Below, piece by piece: positions 1 to 9,703 of a stretch of DNA of 64,000 nucleotides. How positions within the stretch are numbered: the stretch's first letter is position 1; every line of letters begins with the position of its first letter. The notes beneath the pieces are model-generated. The model saw nothing but the letters and a program-made list of their open reading frames with translations, searched no databases and was not told where the DNA came from. The stretch spans positions 1,417-65,416 of the forward strand of contig DASTIW010000006.1 of assembly GCA_035717205.1 (NCBI GenBank), in the 5' to 3' direction. This DNA is from Propionibacteriaceae bacterium (GTDB taxonomy: Bacteria; Actinomycetota; Actinomycetes; Propionibacteriales; Propionibacteriaceae). The translations under genes and the position numbers were made by a program.

Positions 1-1
1 C

Positions 2-490
2 AACAACGCCTACTTCACCATCCACGCCGGCGAGGCGTTCGGGCTGCCATCGATCTGGGAGGCGGTGCAGATCTGCGGCGCCAACAGACTGGGCCACGGG
101 GTCCGGGTGGTCGACGACATCACCGTGGCCGACGGCGCCGAGCCGGTGCTTGGCGACCTCGCCTCCTACATCCGCAACCAGCGGGTTCCGCTGGAGATGT
201 GTCCGACGTCGAACGTGCAGACGGGCGCCGCCGCCTCCATCGCCGAGCACCCCATCGGTCTGCTGGCGAAGCTTCGGTTCCGGGTCACGGTCAACAGTGA
301 CAACCAGCTGATGAGTCGGACCACGCTGTCACGGGAGTTCGCTCTGCTCAGCGACGCCTTCGGCTACGACCTCAAGGACCTTCAGTGGTTCACCATCAAT
401 GCGGCCAAGAGCGCGTTCTACCGCTTCGACCTCCGACTGTCCTTGATCGAGGACGTGATCAAGCCCGGGTTCGCCAAGCTCGCCGGCTAG
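2..490 (+). CDS. add: Adenosine deaminase, C-terminal part (gene starts before the window)
   Basis: Frame from base 2 reads [14 protein letters not shown]...RLGHGVR...[12 protein letters not shown]...[11 protein letters not shown]: HAGE, GHG, CPTSN and metal-ligand (S)D motifs of the adenosine deaminase family. Confidence 0.9.
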   Translation, partial: NNAYFTIHAGEAFGLPSIWEAVQICGANRLGHGVRVVDDITVADGAEPVLGDLASYIRNQRVPLEMCPTSNVQTGAAASIAEHPIGLLAKLRFRVTVNSDNQLMSRTTLSREFALLSDAFGYDLKDLQWFTINAAKSAFYRFDLRLSLIEDVIKPGFAKLAG

Positions 491-587
491 CAAGCGAGCC
501 GCCGTGTCGGCGGGGGGCTGCGGGGTGCCGGTCCGGGCGAGATATTGGCGCCGGGACTGCAGGTGCCGGGGCACTAGGGTTGGGCGC

Positions 588-2375
588 ATGAGCTCTCGAG
601 TGCTGACCGCCGTGGCTTGGCCGTACGCGAACGGCCCACGGCACATCGGCCACGTGTCCGGGTTCGGCGTGCCGTCGGACGTCTTCTCGCGCTTCATGCG
701 GATGAGCGGCCACGACGTCTTGATGATCTCGGGCACCGACGAGCACGGAACTCCAATTCTGGTGCAGGCAGAGCGTGAGCAGCTGTCGACGCGGGAGACC
801 GCGGACAAGTACAACCGGGTGATCGTGGAGGACCTTCAGGGTCTCGGGTTGTCGTACGACCTGTTCACCCGAACCACCACCCGAAACCACTACCAGGTGG
901 TGCAGGACCTCTTCCTTGGCCTGCACCGAAACGGCTATGTGGTGCCGAAGAAGGCCATGGGCGCCGTGAGCCCGTCCACCGGACGGACGCTGCCCGACCG
1001 CTACATCGAGGGCACCTGCCCGATCTGCGGGTACGACAGCGCCCGTGGCGACCAGTGCGACAACTGCGGCAACCAGCTCGACCCCATCGACCTGATCTCC
1101 CCCCGGTCCCGGATCAACGGGGAGACCCCGAAGTTCGTCGAGACGGAGCACTTCTTCTTGGACCTTCCGGCCCTGGCCGGATCGTTGGGCAGCTGGCTGT
1201 CAGCTCGGACCGACTGGCGACCCAACGTGTTGAAGTTCAGCCAGAACCTGCTCGAGAACCTGCGACCCCGGGCCATCACCCGCGACCTCGACTGGGGCGT
1301 GCCGGTCCCGCTCGACGGCTGGCGTGACCAGCCGATGAAACGGCTATATGTCTGGTTCGACGCCGTCATCGGCTATCTCTCCGCGTCGGTGGAATGGGCC
1401 AAGCGCACCGGAGACCCCGAAGCCTGGCGCGAGTGGTGGACCAACCCCGACGCCCGCGGCTACTACTTCATGGGCAAGGACAACATCGTCTTCCATTCCG
1501 TCATCTGGCCGGGCATCCTGCTCGGCCACAACGGTCGCGGTGATCATGGTGGCACTGTTGGTCCGCTCGGTGACCTGAGCCTTCCCGACGAGCTGGTGTC
1601 CAGCGAGTTCTTGACCATGAGCGGGTCCAAGTTCTCCACCAGCCGTGGAAAGGTGATCTACGTCGGCGACTTCCTCAAAGACTTCGGCCCTGATGCGCTG
1701 CGCTACTTCATCGCGGTGGCCGGCCCGGAGAACCAGGACACCGACTTCACCTGGGAGGAGTTCGTCCGCCGGACCAACTTCGAGCTCGCCAACGAGTGGG
1801 GAAACCTGGTGAACCGCTCGGTGTCGATGGCCCACAAGAACATTGGCGCCATTCCGGCTGCGACCGATCTTCGCGACGTTGACGCAGAACTGCTGGCGAC
1901 CTCCCAGCGCTCCTTCGACCTGGTCGGGGATCTGCTGAAGCGCAGCCGGTTCAAGCTCGCCGCGGGTGAGGCGATGCGGCTGGTCTCGGCCGCCAACAAG
2001 TACATCTCGGACACCGAGCCGTGGAAGCTCGCCGCTGACCCGGCTCGCCGCGACACGGTGCTGCATACCGCGTTGCAGGTGGTATCCGACGCCAACACGT
2101 TGCTGACGCCGTTCCTGCCGCACGCAGCCCAGCAGGTACACCAGACGCTCGGTGGCACCGGTGTGTGGGCGGCGCAGCCGGAGATCCGGACCGTCACCGA
2201 GGCCGGGGGACCTGAGTACCCCGTGCTGATGGGCGAGTACGCCGCGGAGCAGGCCCGCTGGGCCAGCACCCCGATCGAAGTGGGCCGGCCGCTGCAGAAG
2301 CCGACACCGCTGTTCACCAAGCTGGACGAGAAGCTGGGCCGGACCGGTCCCGACTGGGCGCCACTGGAGGTCTGA
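588..2375 (+). CDS. metG: Methionine--tRNA ligase
   Basis: [16 protein letters not shown] (HIGH), GTDEHG, Zn knuckle [30 protein letters not shown] (KMSKS variant). ATG 588 follows TAGGGT (575-580), so probably leaderless. Confidence 0.97.
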   Translation: MSSRVLTAVAWPYANGPRHIGHVSGFGVPSDVFSRFMRMSGHDVLMISGTDEHGTPILVQAEREQLSTRETADKYNRVIVEDLQGLGLSYDLFTRTTTRNHYQVVQDLFLGLHRNGYVVPKKAMGAVSPSTGRTLPDRYIEGTCPICGYDSARGDQCDNCGNQLDPIDLISPRSRINGETPKFVETEHFFLDLPALAGSLGSWLSARTDWRPNVLKFSQNLLENLRPRAITRDLDWGVPVPLDGWRDQPMKRLYVWFDAVIGYLSASVEWAKRTGDPEAWREWWTNPDARGYYFMGKDNIVFHSVIWPGILLGHNGRGDHGGTVGPLGDLSLPDELVSSEFLTMSGSKFSTSRGKVIYVGDFLKDFGPDALRYFIAVAGPENQDTDFTWEEFVRRTNFELANEWGNLVNRSVSMAHKNIGAIPAATDLRDVDAELLATSQRSFDLVGDLLKRSRFKLAAGEAMRLVSAANKYISDTEPWKLAADPARRDTVLHTALQVVSDANTLLTPFLPHAAQQVHQTLGGTGVWAAQPEIRTVTEAGGPEYPVLMGEYAAEQARWASTPIEVGRPLQKPTPLFTKLDEKLGRTGPDWAPLEV

Positions 2376-2411
2376 CGGATTTTCCGTAGATCACCGATAT
2401 CGGGGGTTTCG

Positions 2412-2465
2412 CCGGGATATCCCTGTCTGCCCGGATAGCCTGTGGAACCCGGATAGCCTGTCCAG
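2412..2465. repeat. Three imperfect 18-bp tandem repeats upstream of the glycan cluster
   Basis: ccgggatatccctgtctg / cccggatagcctgtggaa / cccggatagcctgtccag at 2412, 2430, 2448. Confidence 0.8.
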
Positions 2466-2513
2466 CCTGGCGCGCCGGGTATCGAATAGCCCAGGTCAGA
2501 AGGAGGTGTCGGG

Positions 2514-4859
2514 ATGCACGTTGCCCTGGTGTCGGAGCACGCCAGTCCGCTGGCGGTGCTGGGAGGGGTGGACGCGGGCGGACAGAACGTCCATGTGGCT
2601 GCACTGGCCGCCGGTCTGGCAGCCGGCGGCGAGCGGGTCACGGTCTACACCCGGTTCGACAACCTCGCGCTGCCGGCTCAGCTGCGTACGGCGCAGGGGT
2701 ATGACGTGGTTCATGTGCCGGCGGGTCCGGCGCAGCCGCTGCCCAAGGACGAGCTTCTCGGCCACATGCCTGACTTCGGGCGGTTCCTTCGAGGCTCCTG
2801 GCAGCAGGACCGCCCGGATGTGGTGCACGCGCACTTCTGGATGTCCGGGGTGGCGGCTGTCGAGGCAGCCGGGCCGCTGGGGATACCGGTGGTGCAGACC
2901 TTCCACGCCCTCGGCTCGGTCAAGCGCCGCCACCAGGGCAGTGACGACACCAGCCCCTCGGCGCGGATCCGGCTGGAGACCGAGCTGGCCCAATCGGTGA
3001 GCCGGGTGCTGGCGACCTGCTCCGACGAGGTTGCCGAGCTGGTCCGGCTCGGCGTACCGGAGGACCGGGTGTCGGTGGTGCCGTGCGGTGTCGACCTGGA
3101 TGCCTTTGTGCCCCGAAGCCGCCCAGAAGCCAACGAACCCGCCGAAGGGAGCTCACGTCCGACCGCTCGGGTGGTGACGCTCGGCCGGCTGGTACCGCGT
3201 AAAGGCTTCGACACGGTGATCGAAGCGGTGGCCCAGCTGCCCGCGGTGGAACTGCTGATTGCAGGTGGTGGCCCGCCGGCGGAGGCCGGCACCGACCTTG
3301 AGCGGTCGCGGCTGCTCGAGGTGGCCGACCGGTGCGGAGTCGGTGATCGCGTCCGGCTGGTCGGCCAGGTGCAGCGGGCCGACGTGCCGGCGCTGCTGCG
3401 CTCCGCCGACGTCGTCGTCTGCGCCCCGTGGTACGAGCCGTTCGGCATCGTGCCACTGGAGGCCATGGCCTGCGGGGTGCCGGTGGTGGCCACGTCGGTC
3501 GGCGGGTTCCTCGACACCGTGGTCGATCGGGTCACTGGGCTGCTGGTGCCTCCGCGCGACCCGGAAGCCCTCGCTGGGGCGTTGCGCACGGTGCTCGGCT
3601 CCCCGCAGACCCGCCGGGCGATGGGTACGGCGGGACGCCGGCGAGCTGAGCAGCGGTACAGCTGGACCCAGGTGGCCGCGGACACCGTCACGGTGTACCG
3701 ACAGGTGCTGGCCTCGGCGGGAGGCCCCGTCAGTGCGGCCGCACCGCCGGCCAACGAGCCGACGGAGGCGATTCGCGGGGCCGCCGAAGGCTTCCCACCT
3801 GAGCGGCCGCGGACGCGCCTTCGGAACGAGCCATTGCCCACCCAGCTGCATCGCGTGGCCGCTCGACCGGCGATCCGGCGGGCGGTGGTGCTGGGCGGCG
3901 CAGGCTTCGTCGGGTCCCATCTCTGTGACGCGCTGGTGGCGGACGGCACCGCCGTCATCTGCGTCGACAACTTCCTCACCGGAGCCAAGGACAACGTGGC
4001 CGACCTAGTCGGCTCCGGCCTGTTCGAGCTGGTGGAGCATGACGTCAGCGAGCCCTTCGACGGAGATCTCTGCGCCGTCGGTCAGACCGACCGCCGGCCG
4101 CTGGACGTCGTGTTCCACCTCGCCTCGCCGGCGTCTCCGCTGGACTACCAGCGGTATCCGATCGCGACCCTCCATGCCGGCTCTCGCGGCACCGAGTTCG
4201 GGCTGAGGATCGCGGCCGAACAAGGCGCCCGATTCGTGCTCGCGTCCACCAGCGAGGTGTACGGAGACGCCGAGGTCCATCCGCAGCCCGAAGGCTACTT
4301 CGGCAACGTCAACCCGATCGGGCCGCGCAGCGTCTACGACGAGGCGAAACGGTACGCCGAAGCTCTCACCTTCGCCTACCGTCGGGCCCGCGGCGTGGAC
4401 ACCGCAGTCGCTCGGATCTTCAACACCTACGGCCCCCGGATGCGGCCCGGCGATGGCCGGATGGTTCCGACCTTCATCCGCCAGGCGCTGGCCGGGGAAC
4501 CGATGACGGTCACGGGCACCGGCACGCAGACGCGCTCGCTGTGCTACGTGAGCGACACCGTTGCCGGCCTGCTCGCGCTTGCGCGGTCGGAGCATCCGGG
4601 CCCGGTGAACATCGGCAACCCAGACGAGCAGACCGTCGCCGATCTCGCGCGACGGGTGGCATGCCTGACCGGTTCGGTGTCGCAGGTCCAGCTGATCAGC
4701 GCGGTGCCGGACGACCCGCAACGGCGATGCCCCGACATCAGCCGGGCCATCCGAGATCTTGGATGGGCGCCGAGCGTTGGCGCGAACGAGGGTCTGCAGG
4801 CGACGATCGAGTGGTTCGTCGAGACGGCACAGCTCACATCCGGAAATCACCTGAAGTGA
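2514..4859 (+). CDS. Fusion: GT4 (MshA-like) glycosyltransferase + NAD-dependent epimerase/dehydratase (UDP-glucuronate decarboxylase-like)
   Basis: N-terminal part: HVALVSEHASPL, DAGGQNVHV, HAHFWMSG, GRLVPRKG, PWYEPFGIVPLEAMA. C-terminal part: GGAGFVGSHL, HLASPASP, ASTSEVYGD, YDEAKR (YxxxK), RIFNTYGPRM, DDPQRRCPDI. SD AAGGAGG upstream; no internal stop. Confidence 0.9.
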   Translation: MHVALVSEHASPLAVLGGVDAGGQNVHVAALAAGLAAGGERVTVYTRFDNLALPAQLRTAQGYDVVHVPAGPAQPLPKDELLGHMPDFGRFLRGSWQQDRPDVVHAHFWMSGVAAVEAAGPLGIPVVQTFHALGSVKRRHQGSDDTSPSARIRLETELAQSVSRVLATCSDEVAELVRLGVPEDRVSVVPCGVDLDAFVPRSRPEANEPAEGSSRPTARVVTLGRLVPRKGFDTVIEAVAQLPAVELLIAGGGPPAEAGTDLERSRLLEVADRCGVGDRVRLVGQVQRADVPALLRSADVVVCAPWYEPFGIVPLEAMACGVPVVATSVGGFLDTVVDRVTGLLVPPRDPEALAGALRTVLGSPQTRRAMGTAGRRRAEQRYSWTQVAADTVTVYRQVLASAGGPVSAAAPPANEPTEAIRGAAEGFPPERPRTRLRNEPLPTQLHRVAARPAIRRAVVLGGAGFVGSHLCDALVADGTAVICVDNFLTGAKDNVADLVGSGLFELVEHDVSEPFDGDLCAVGQTDRRPLDVVFHLASPASPLDYQRYPIATLHAGSRGTEFGLRIAAEQGARFVLASTSEVYGDAEVHPQPEGYFGNVNPIGPRSVYDEAKRYAEALTFAYRRARGVDTAVARIFNTYGPRMRPGDGRMVPTFIRQALAGEPMTVTGTGTQTRSLCYVSDTVAGLLALARSEHPGPVNIGNPDEQTVADLARRVACLTGSVSQVQLISAVPDDPQRRCPDISRAIRDLGWAPSVGANEGLQATIEWFVETAQLTSGNHLK

Positions 4860-4862
4860 ACT

Positions 4863-4906
4863 ACCTATAGGTTGGCCTACCCTAGGCAAAAATCTGCGAC
4901 GCAGAT
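4863..4906. promoter_or_regulatory. Three adjacent palindromes in an AT-richer spacer (candidate operator/promoter)
   Basis: ACCTATAGGT 4863-4872; GCCTA-ccc-TAGGC 4875-4887; ATCTGCG-a-CGCAGAT 4892-4906. Confidence 0.45.
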
Positions 4907-4927
4907 CTGAATGGCGGAGGTGGACCT

Positions 4928-6553
4928 GTGCGGGTACTCGGCGTGAACGCCGTCTTTCATGACTCGGCCGCGGCTGTCGTCGTCGACGGGCGCACCGTGG
5001 CGGCCGCTGAGGAGGAGCGGTTCAGCCGGCGCAAGCACGGCAAGCGGCCCGTGCCCTTCTCCACCTGGGAGCTGCCGGAACAGGCGATCGAGTGGTGCCT
5101 GCAGGAGGCCGGGTTGGCGCCCGGGGACCTCGACGCGGTGGCGTACTCCTACGACCCGGCGCTGGTGGACCACGACTCCGGCGGCCTCGACCCGTCCTGG
5201 GAGTCGCTGCGAACCACCTACGCCACTCGGGCGCCGCACTTCTTGAAGACTCTGCTGCCGACGTACTCACCGGAGATCTTCCGTTTCGTCCGGCACCACG
5301 TCGCCCACGCGGCCTCCGCCGGCCTGGTCGCGCCCTTCGGCAACTGCGCCGTCCTGGCCGCCGACGGTCGGGGTGAGTCCACCTCCATGCTGGCCGGTGA
5401 GTACCGCGATCAGAAGCTGGACATTCTCGCCGCCCAGTCCCTGCCGCACTCCCTCGGACTCCTGTACGAGGACCTCACCGAGCATCTGGGGTTCGCCCGG
5501 TCCAGCGACGAGTACAAGGTGATGGCGCTCGCCTCCTATGGCACGCCGCGGTTTCGTGACCGGCTGGCCAAGCTGGTGTACGCCACCGGGGATGGCGGCT
5601 TCCGGACCGAGCCCATCGAGTGGGAGGCACTGGCCCCCCGTCGCCGCGGCAGCGAGGAGTTCGACGAGCGGCACGCCGACCTGGCCGCCAGCGTTCAGCT
5701 CGTCTTGGAGGAGGTGCTGTTGCTGCTGCTGCAGTGGCTGCACCAGCGGACGGGATCGCCGTACCTGGCGCTCGCCGGTGGGGTGGCGCTCAACTGCGTG
5801 GCGAACACCCGGCTGCTGGCGGAGGGGCCGTTCGAGGACATCTGGGTTCAGCCGGCCTCCGGTGACTCCGGCACCGCGCTTGGCGCGGCGCTGGCCGTGG
5901 CTGCCGACAACGGCGACACCATCGAGCCGATGACCACAGCGGCCCTCGGCCGGGGTTGGAACGACGAGGCGGTCGAGGCTGCGCTGCGGACGGCGCGGGT
6001 CGGATTCGAGCGGCCGCCGAACATCGCTGTCGCCGCGGCGGAGGTGATCGCGGGCAACGGCGTGGTGGCCTGGTTCCAAGGTCGCTCCGAGTTCGGTCCG
6101 CGGGCGCTGGGCCACCGATCGCTGCTGGCCCACCCGTCGCGGGCAGACAACGTCGAGCGGCTGAACGACATCAAGGGCCGCGAGCAGTTCCGCCCGGTCG
6201 CCCCGATGGTGCTGGCCGACCGGGCCGCTGAGATCTTCACCCGCGGACCGATTCCCAGCCCCTACATGCTGTTCGTGCACGACGTCGTACCGCAGTGGCG
6301 TGAGCGGCTGCAGGGTGTCACCCACATCGACGGAACGGCACGGATCCAAACCGTCGAGCCGAGCGACGACCCACTGATGGCCGAGCTGCTGACAGCCTTC
6401 GACCGGCTCACCGGCGTGCCGGTGGTGGTGAACACCAGCCTGAACACCGCGGGGCGTCCGATGGTCGACAGCCCGCGTGACGTCTTGGAGCTCTTCGGGT
6501 CGGCGCCGGTTGATGCGCTGGCCATCGGGCCCTTCCTGGTACGGCGGCCGTGA
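4928..6553 (+). CDS. O-carbamoyltransferase (NodU/CmcH/TobZ family)
   Basis: HDSAAA, EEERFSRRKH, HHVAHAAS, DGRGE, EYKVMALASYG, LAGGVALNC, GRSEFGPRALGHRS, KGREQFRP, HIDGTARIQTV, NTSLN. Confidence 0.95.
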   Translation: MRVLGVNAVFHDSAAAVVVDGRTVAAAEEERFSRRKHGKRPVPFSTWELPEQAIEWCLQEAGLAPGDLDAVAYSYDPALVDHDSGGLDPSWESLRTTYATRAPHFLKTLLPTYSPEIFRFVRHHVAHAASAGLVAPFGNCAVLAADGRGESTSMLAGEYRDQKLDILAAQSLPHSLGLLYEDLTEHLGFARSSDEYKVMALASYGTPRFRDRLAKLVYATGDGGFRTEPIEWEALAPRRRGSEEFDERHADLAASVQLVLEEVLLLLLQWLHQRTGSPYLALAGGVALNCVANTRLLAEGPFEDIWVQPASGDSGTALGAALAVAADNGDTIEPMTTAALGRGWNDEAVEAALRTARVGFERPPNIAVAAAEVIAGNGVVAWFQGRSEFGPRALGHRSLLAHPSRADNVERLNDIKGREQFRPVAPMVLADRAAEIFTRGPIPSPYMLFVHDVVPQWRERLQGVTHIDGTARIQTVEPSDDPLMAELLTAFDRLTGVPVVVNTSLNTAGRPMVDSPRDVLELFGSAPVDALAIGPFLVRRP

Positions 6554-8088
6554 GCCGGTCGTCGCTGGTGGACTACACGGTGGTGATTCCCACCATCGGC
6601 CGCCCGAGCCTGACCCGACTGCTTGAGGCGGTCGCTGACGCCGCCGCCAGCGGGCCGCCGCCGCGGCAGATCGTTGTCGTTGACGACCGCCGCACGTGCC
6701 AGCCCCTGGAGCTGACGGACACCTCGATCCCGATTACTGTCCTCCGCAGCGGCGGCCGCGGCCCGGCGGCGGCCCGCAACGCCGGCTGGCGAGCAGCCAC
6801 CACCGAGTGGGTGGCCTTCCTCGACGACGATGTGCTGGTCAGCCCCGACTGGTGCGCCCGGCTGTGCGATGACCTGCGTGACCTGCCGCCGGAGACGGCC
6901 GGCTCGCAGGCCGTACTTCGGGTGCCACCGCCCGACGGGCGGCGACCCACCGACGACGAACGGCGCACCGTCGGACTCGTTGACGCTCCCTGGATCACCG
7001 CCGACATGGCCTACCGGCGAGCTGCCCTGGCCGCCGTCGACGGCTTCGACGAGCGGTTCCCGCGCGCCTTCCGTGAGGACTCCGACCTGGCCCTGCGGAT
7101 CGTTCAGGCCGGCTTCGAGGTGGTCTGGGGCAGCCGGCAGACTGACCACCCGCTGCGGAACGGGTCGTGGACCGCCAGCATCCGGGTGCAGGCGGGCAAC
7201 GCCGACAACGCACTGCTGCGGGCCAAGTACGGTCGACACTGGCGTCAGCTGATCCATGAGCGTCCCGGTCGACTGGGACGCCATCTGCTGACGACGGCGG
7301 CCGGGACCGCGACTGTTGCGGCAGCACTGGCGTCCCGGCCCCGGTTCGCGGCCGCGACCGGAGCCCTCTGGACGTTGCTGACCGTCCAGTTCGCCGCGCC
7401 GCGGATGGCAGCGGGCCCCCGGACGCTCCGCGAGCTCTCGGTCGTGGCATTCACCAGCACCCTGATTCCGCCGGTGGCGGTCTATCACCGGGCGGGTGGG
7501 GCGTGGCGGTTCCGCCGGGTCGACCCGGTTCCGGCGGTGGCTGAGGAACGGCGTCGTCCGTCCGGCCCGCGGGCCGTGCTGTTCGACCGCGACGGCACGC
7601 TGATCGTCAATGTCCCGTACCTTGCGGACCCGGCCGGCGTGCAGCCGGTCCCCGGCGCTCGGAAGGCGGTCGAGGATCTGCGGGCCCGCGACATCCGGAT
7701 CGGAGTGGTCAGCAACCAGTCCGGGGTCGCCAAAGGCCTGATCGATGCCGACCAGCTCGCGGAGGTGAACGCCCGGGTCGTGGAGCTGCTGGGGCCCTTC
7801 GACACCTGGCAGCAGTGCCTGCACGACTCCGGCGATGGCTGCGAGTGTCGCAAACCCGCACCTGGCATGGTGCTCGCCGCCGCCAAGTCGCTCGCCGTCG
7901 ATGTAGCTGACTGCGTTCTGATCGGCGACACGGCAGCGGACGCCCAGGCTGCACTGGCAGCCGGTGCACGGGCGGTGCTGGTGACAACTCAGGGCGTCGG
8001 TGGACCACCCACCTTCCGGCCGGCCGGGGTCCCGCTCGCCTCGACGCTCACCGAGGCGGTGGCGGTCGCCGTCGGGGCGTCCCGGTGA
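6550..8088 (+). CDS. Fusion: GT2 glycosyltransferase + membrane segments + HAD-IIIA heptose-1,7-bisphosphate phosphatase (GmhB-like)
   Basis: VVIPTIGR, GPAAARNAG, AFLDDD (DxD), GFDERF; hydrophobic stretch; then LFDRDGTL (DxD), SNQSG, CLH..CECRKP Zn motif, IGD. Confidence 0.9.
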   Translation: MSRSSLVDYTVVIPTIGRPSLTRLLEAVADAAASGPPPRQIVVVDDRRTCQPLELTDTSIPITVLRSGGRGPAAARNAGWRAATTEWVAFLDDDVLVSPDWCARLCDDLRDLPPETAGSQAVLRVPPPDGRRPTDDERRTVGLVDAPWITADMAYRRAALAAVDGFDERFPRAFREDSDLALRIVQAGFEVVWGSRQTDHPLRNGSWTASIRVQAGNADNALLRAKYGRHWRQLIHERPGRLGRHLLTTAAGTATVAAALASRPRFAAATGALWTLLTVQFAAPRMAAGPRTLRELSVVAFTSTLIPPVAVYHRAGGAWRFRRVDPVPAVAEERRRPSGPRAVLFDRDGTLIVNVPYLADPAGVQPVPGARKAVEDLRARDIRIGVVSNQSGVAKGLIDADQLAEVNARVVELLGPFDTWQQCLHDSGDGCECRKPAPGMVLAAAKSLAVDVADCVLIGDTAADAQAALAAGARAVLVTTQGVGGPPTFRPAGVPLASTLTEAVAVAVGASR

Positions 8089-9143
8089 CAGCACCAGGCG
8101 CCGGCGGGCGGGTGTTGATCTGCCGGCTCGACAGCATGGGCGACGTGCTGCTGGCAGGTGGCGCGATCCGTGCGGTGGCCCGTTCGGCCGAGGTCACACT
8201 GCTGGTCGGTCCGCAAGGCAGATCCGCTGCGGGCCTGCTCCCCGGCGTCGGTCGGCTACTCGAGTTCGCGGCACCATGGGTGCCGCTGAAGCCCGAACCA
8301 GTGGACCGCGACGCAGTTGATCGCCTGGTGCGGACAGTAGCGAGCGCAGACGTCGATGCCGCCTTCATCCTCACCTCCTTCCACCAGTCGCCGTTGCCCC
8401 TCGCGCTGCTGCTGCGGCTGGCCGGGGTGCCATGGATCGGCGCCTGCAGTGTGGACTACCCGGGCGCCCTTCTTGACCTGCGGCACAGTGTCCACGACGG
8501 CCTGCACGAGGCGGAGCGCAACCTGTCCCTGGTGACGGCGGCCGGCTTCGCCGCGGACCCCCGCGGCGCCGCTCTGGACGTCCGCCGTCCGCTACCCGAC
8601 GTGGCGCAGTACACCGCGGCGGGCCCGTACGTCGTGCTGCACCCGGGGGCTGCCACCGCTGCCCGGCGCCCGAGCGCGGAGTGTGCCACCGCAATCGCAG
8701 CAGCGCTCCGCAACGACGGTCGCCGCGTGCTGGTGACCGGCTCGGCGCAGGAAGCGGCGCGCACCGCTCGGGTCGCCGTCGCCGGGGCCGAGGACCTCGG
8801 GGGACGGCTCGACCTCGCAGAGCTCGCGGCAGTGCTCGCCGGCGCCGACACTGCCGTGGCGCCGAACACCGGTCCCGCGCACCTCGCGGCCGCGGTCGGT
8901 ACGCCCGTGGTCTCGCTGTTCGCCCCGGTAGTGCCGAGCGGGCGGTGGCGGCCGTACGGGGTGCCGGTGGTGCTGCTCGGCGACCAGCATGCGCCCTGCC
9001 GCGACAGCCGGGCGCGTACCTGCCCGGTTCCCGGACACCCCTGCCTGGACGGCATTCGTCCCGCCGACGTGGTGCAGGCCGTCTCTACCCTGGCCGGCAG
9101 CAGCCTGTCGGCCATCCCGGCACCGATCGGAGATTCACTGTGA
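8085..9143 (+). CDS. Glycosyltransferase family 9 (heptosyltransferase-like)
   Basis: RLDSMGDVLL, VVLHPGA, NTGPAHLAAAVGTPVVSLFAP. Confidence 0.9.
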   Translation: MTAPGAGGRVLICRLDSMGDVLLAGGAIRAVARSAEVTLLVGPQGRSAAGLLPGVGRLLEFAAPWVPLKPEPVDRDAVDRLVRTVASADVDAAFILTSFHQSPLPLALLLRLAGVPWIGACSVDYPGALLDLRHSVHDGLHEAERNLSLVTAAGFAADPRGAALDVRRPLPDVAQYTAAGPYVVLHPGAATAARRPSAECATAIAAALRNDGRRVLVTGSAQEAARTARVAVAGAEDLGGRLDLAELAAVLAGADTAVAPNTGPAHLAAAVGTPVVSLFAPVVPSGRWRPYGVPVVLLGDQHAPCRDSRARTCPVPGHPCLDGIRPADVVQAVSTLAGSSLSAIPAPIGDSL

Positions 9144-9703
9144 TCCAGAACCATCTCAGCGCCCTGGCTCGAGCAGTGGAGCAGAACCTTCCGGCCGCAG
9201 CCACGGTGACTGACTGGGGCAACCAGCTCGCGGACGTGCTCCGGGCGGGCGGACGGCTGCTCGCCTGTGGAAACGGTGGCAGTGCCGCCGAGGCGCAGCA
9301 CCTCACCGGCGAGCTGGTCGGGCGGTTCCGTCACGACCGGCAGGCCTACTCCGCCATCGCGCTGCATGCCGACACCTCCTCGCTGACCGCGATCCTCAAC
9401 GACTACGGGGTGGAGGAGATGTTCGCCCGCCAGGTACGCGCGCATGGCCGGCCTGGTGACGTGCTGGTCGCCTACTCGACCAGCGGCTGCAGTAGCAACG
9501 TCTTGGCGGCGGTGAAGGCAGCCCAGGAGATCGGCGTTACCGTCTGGGCGCTGACCGGCCCGGCGCCGAACCCGCTGGCCTCGATCGCCAACGACGCCGT
9601 CGCCGTCGAAGCGCCGTCGACCGCCACGGTGCAGGAGATCCACCTGGCGCTGACTCACGGCCTCTGCCTGGCCCTGGACGCGGCCCTCGGGGTGCCGACG
9701 TGA
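9140..9703 (+). CDS. gmhA: Sedoheptulose-7-phosphate isomerase (SIS domain)
   Basis: GNGGSAAEAQHLTGEL, NDYG...FARQV, GDVL..STSG, VQEIH. GTG 9140 overlaps the GT9 stop (GTGA). Confidence 0.9.
   Translation: MIQNHLSALARAVEQNLPAAATVTDWGNQLADVLRAGGRLLACGNGGSAAEAQHLTGELVGRFRHDRQAYSAIALHADTSSLTAILNDYGVEEMFARQVRAHGRPGDVLVAYSTSGCSSNVLAAVKAAQEIGVTVWALTGPAPNPLASIANDAVAVEAPSTATVQEIHLALTHGLCLALDAALGVPT

Noticed and set aside
1703-2641. Minus-strand ORF containing GYPG repeats (WTGYPG STGYPG RQGYPG)
   Set aside because: Most of the ORF is antisense to metG and the GT4 gene, and there is no plausible start near the repeat. The synonymous-looking variation rests on only three units
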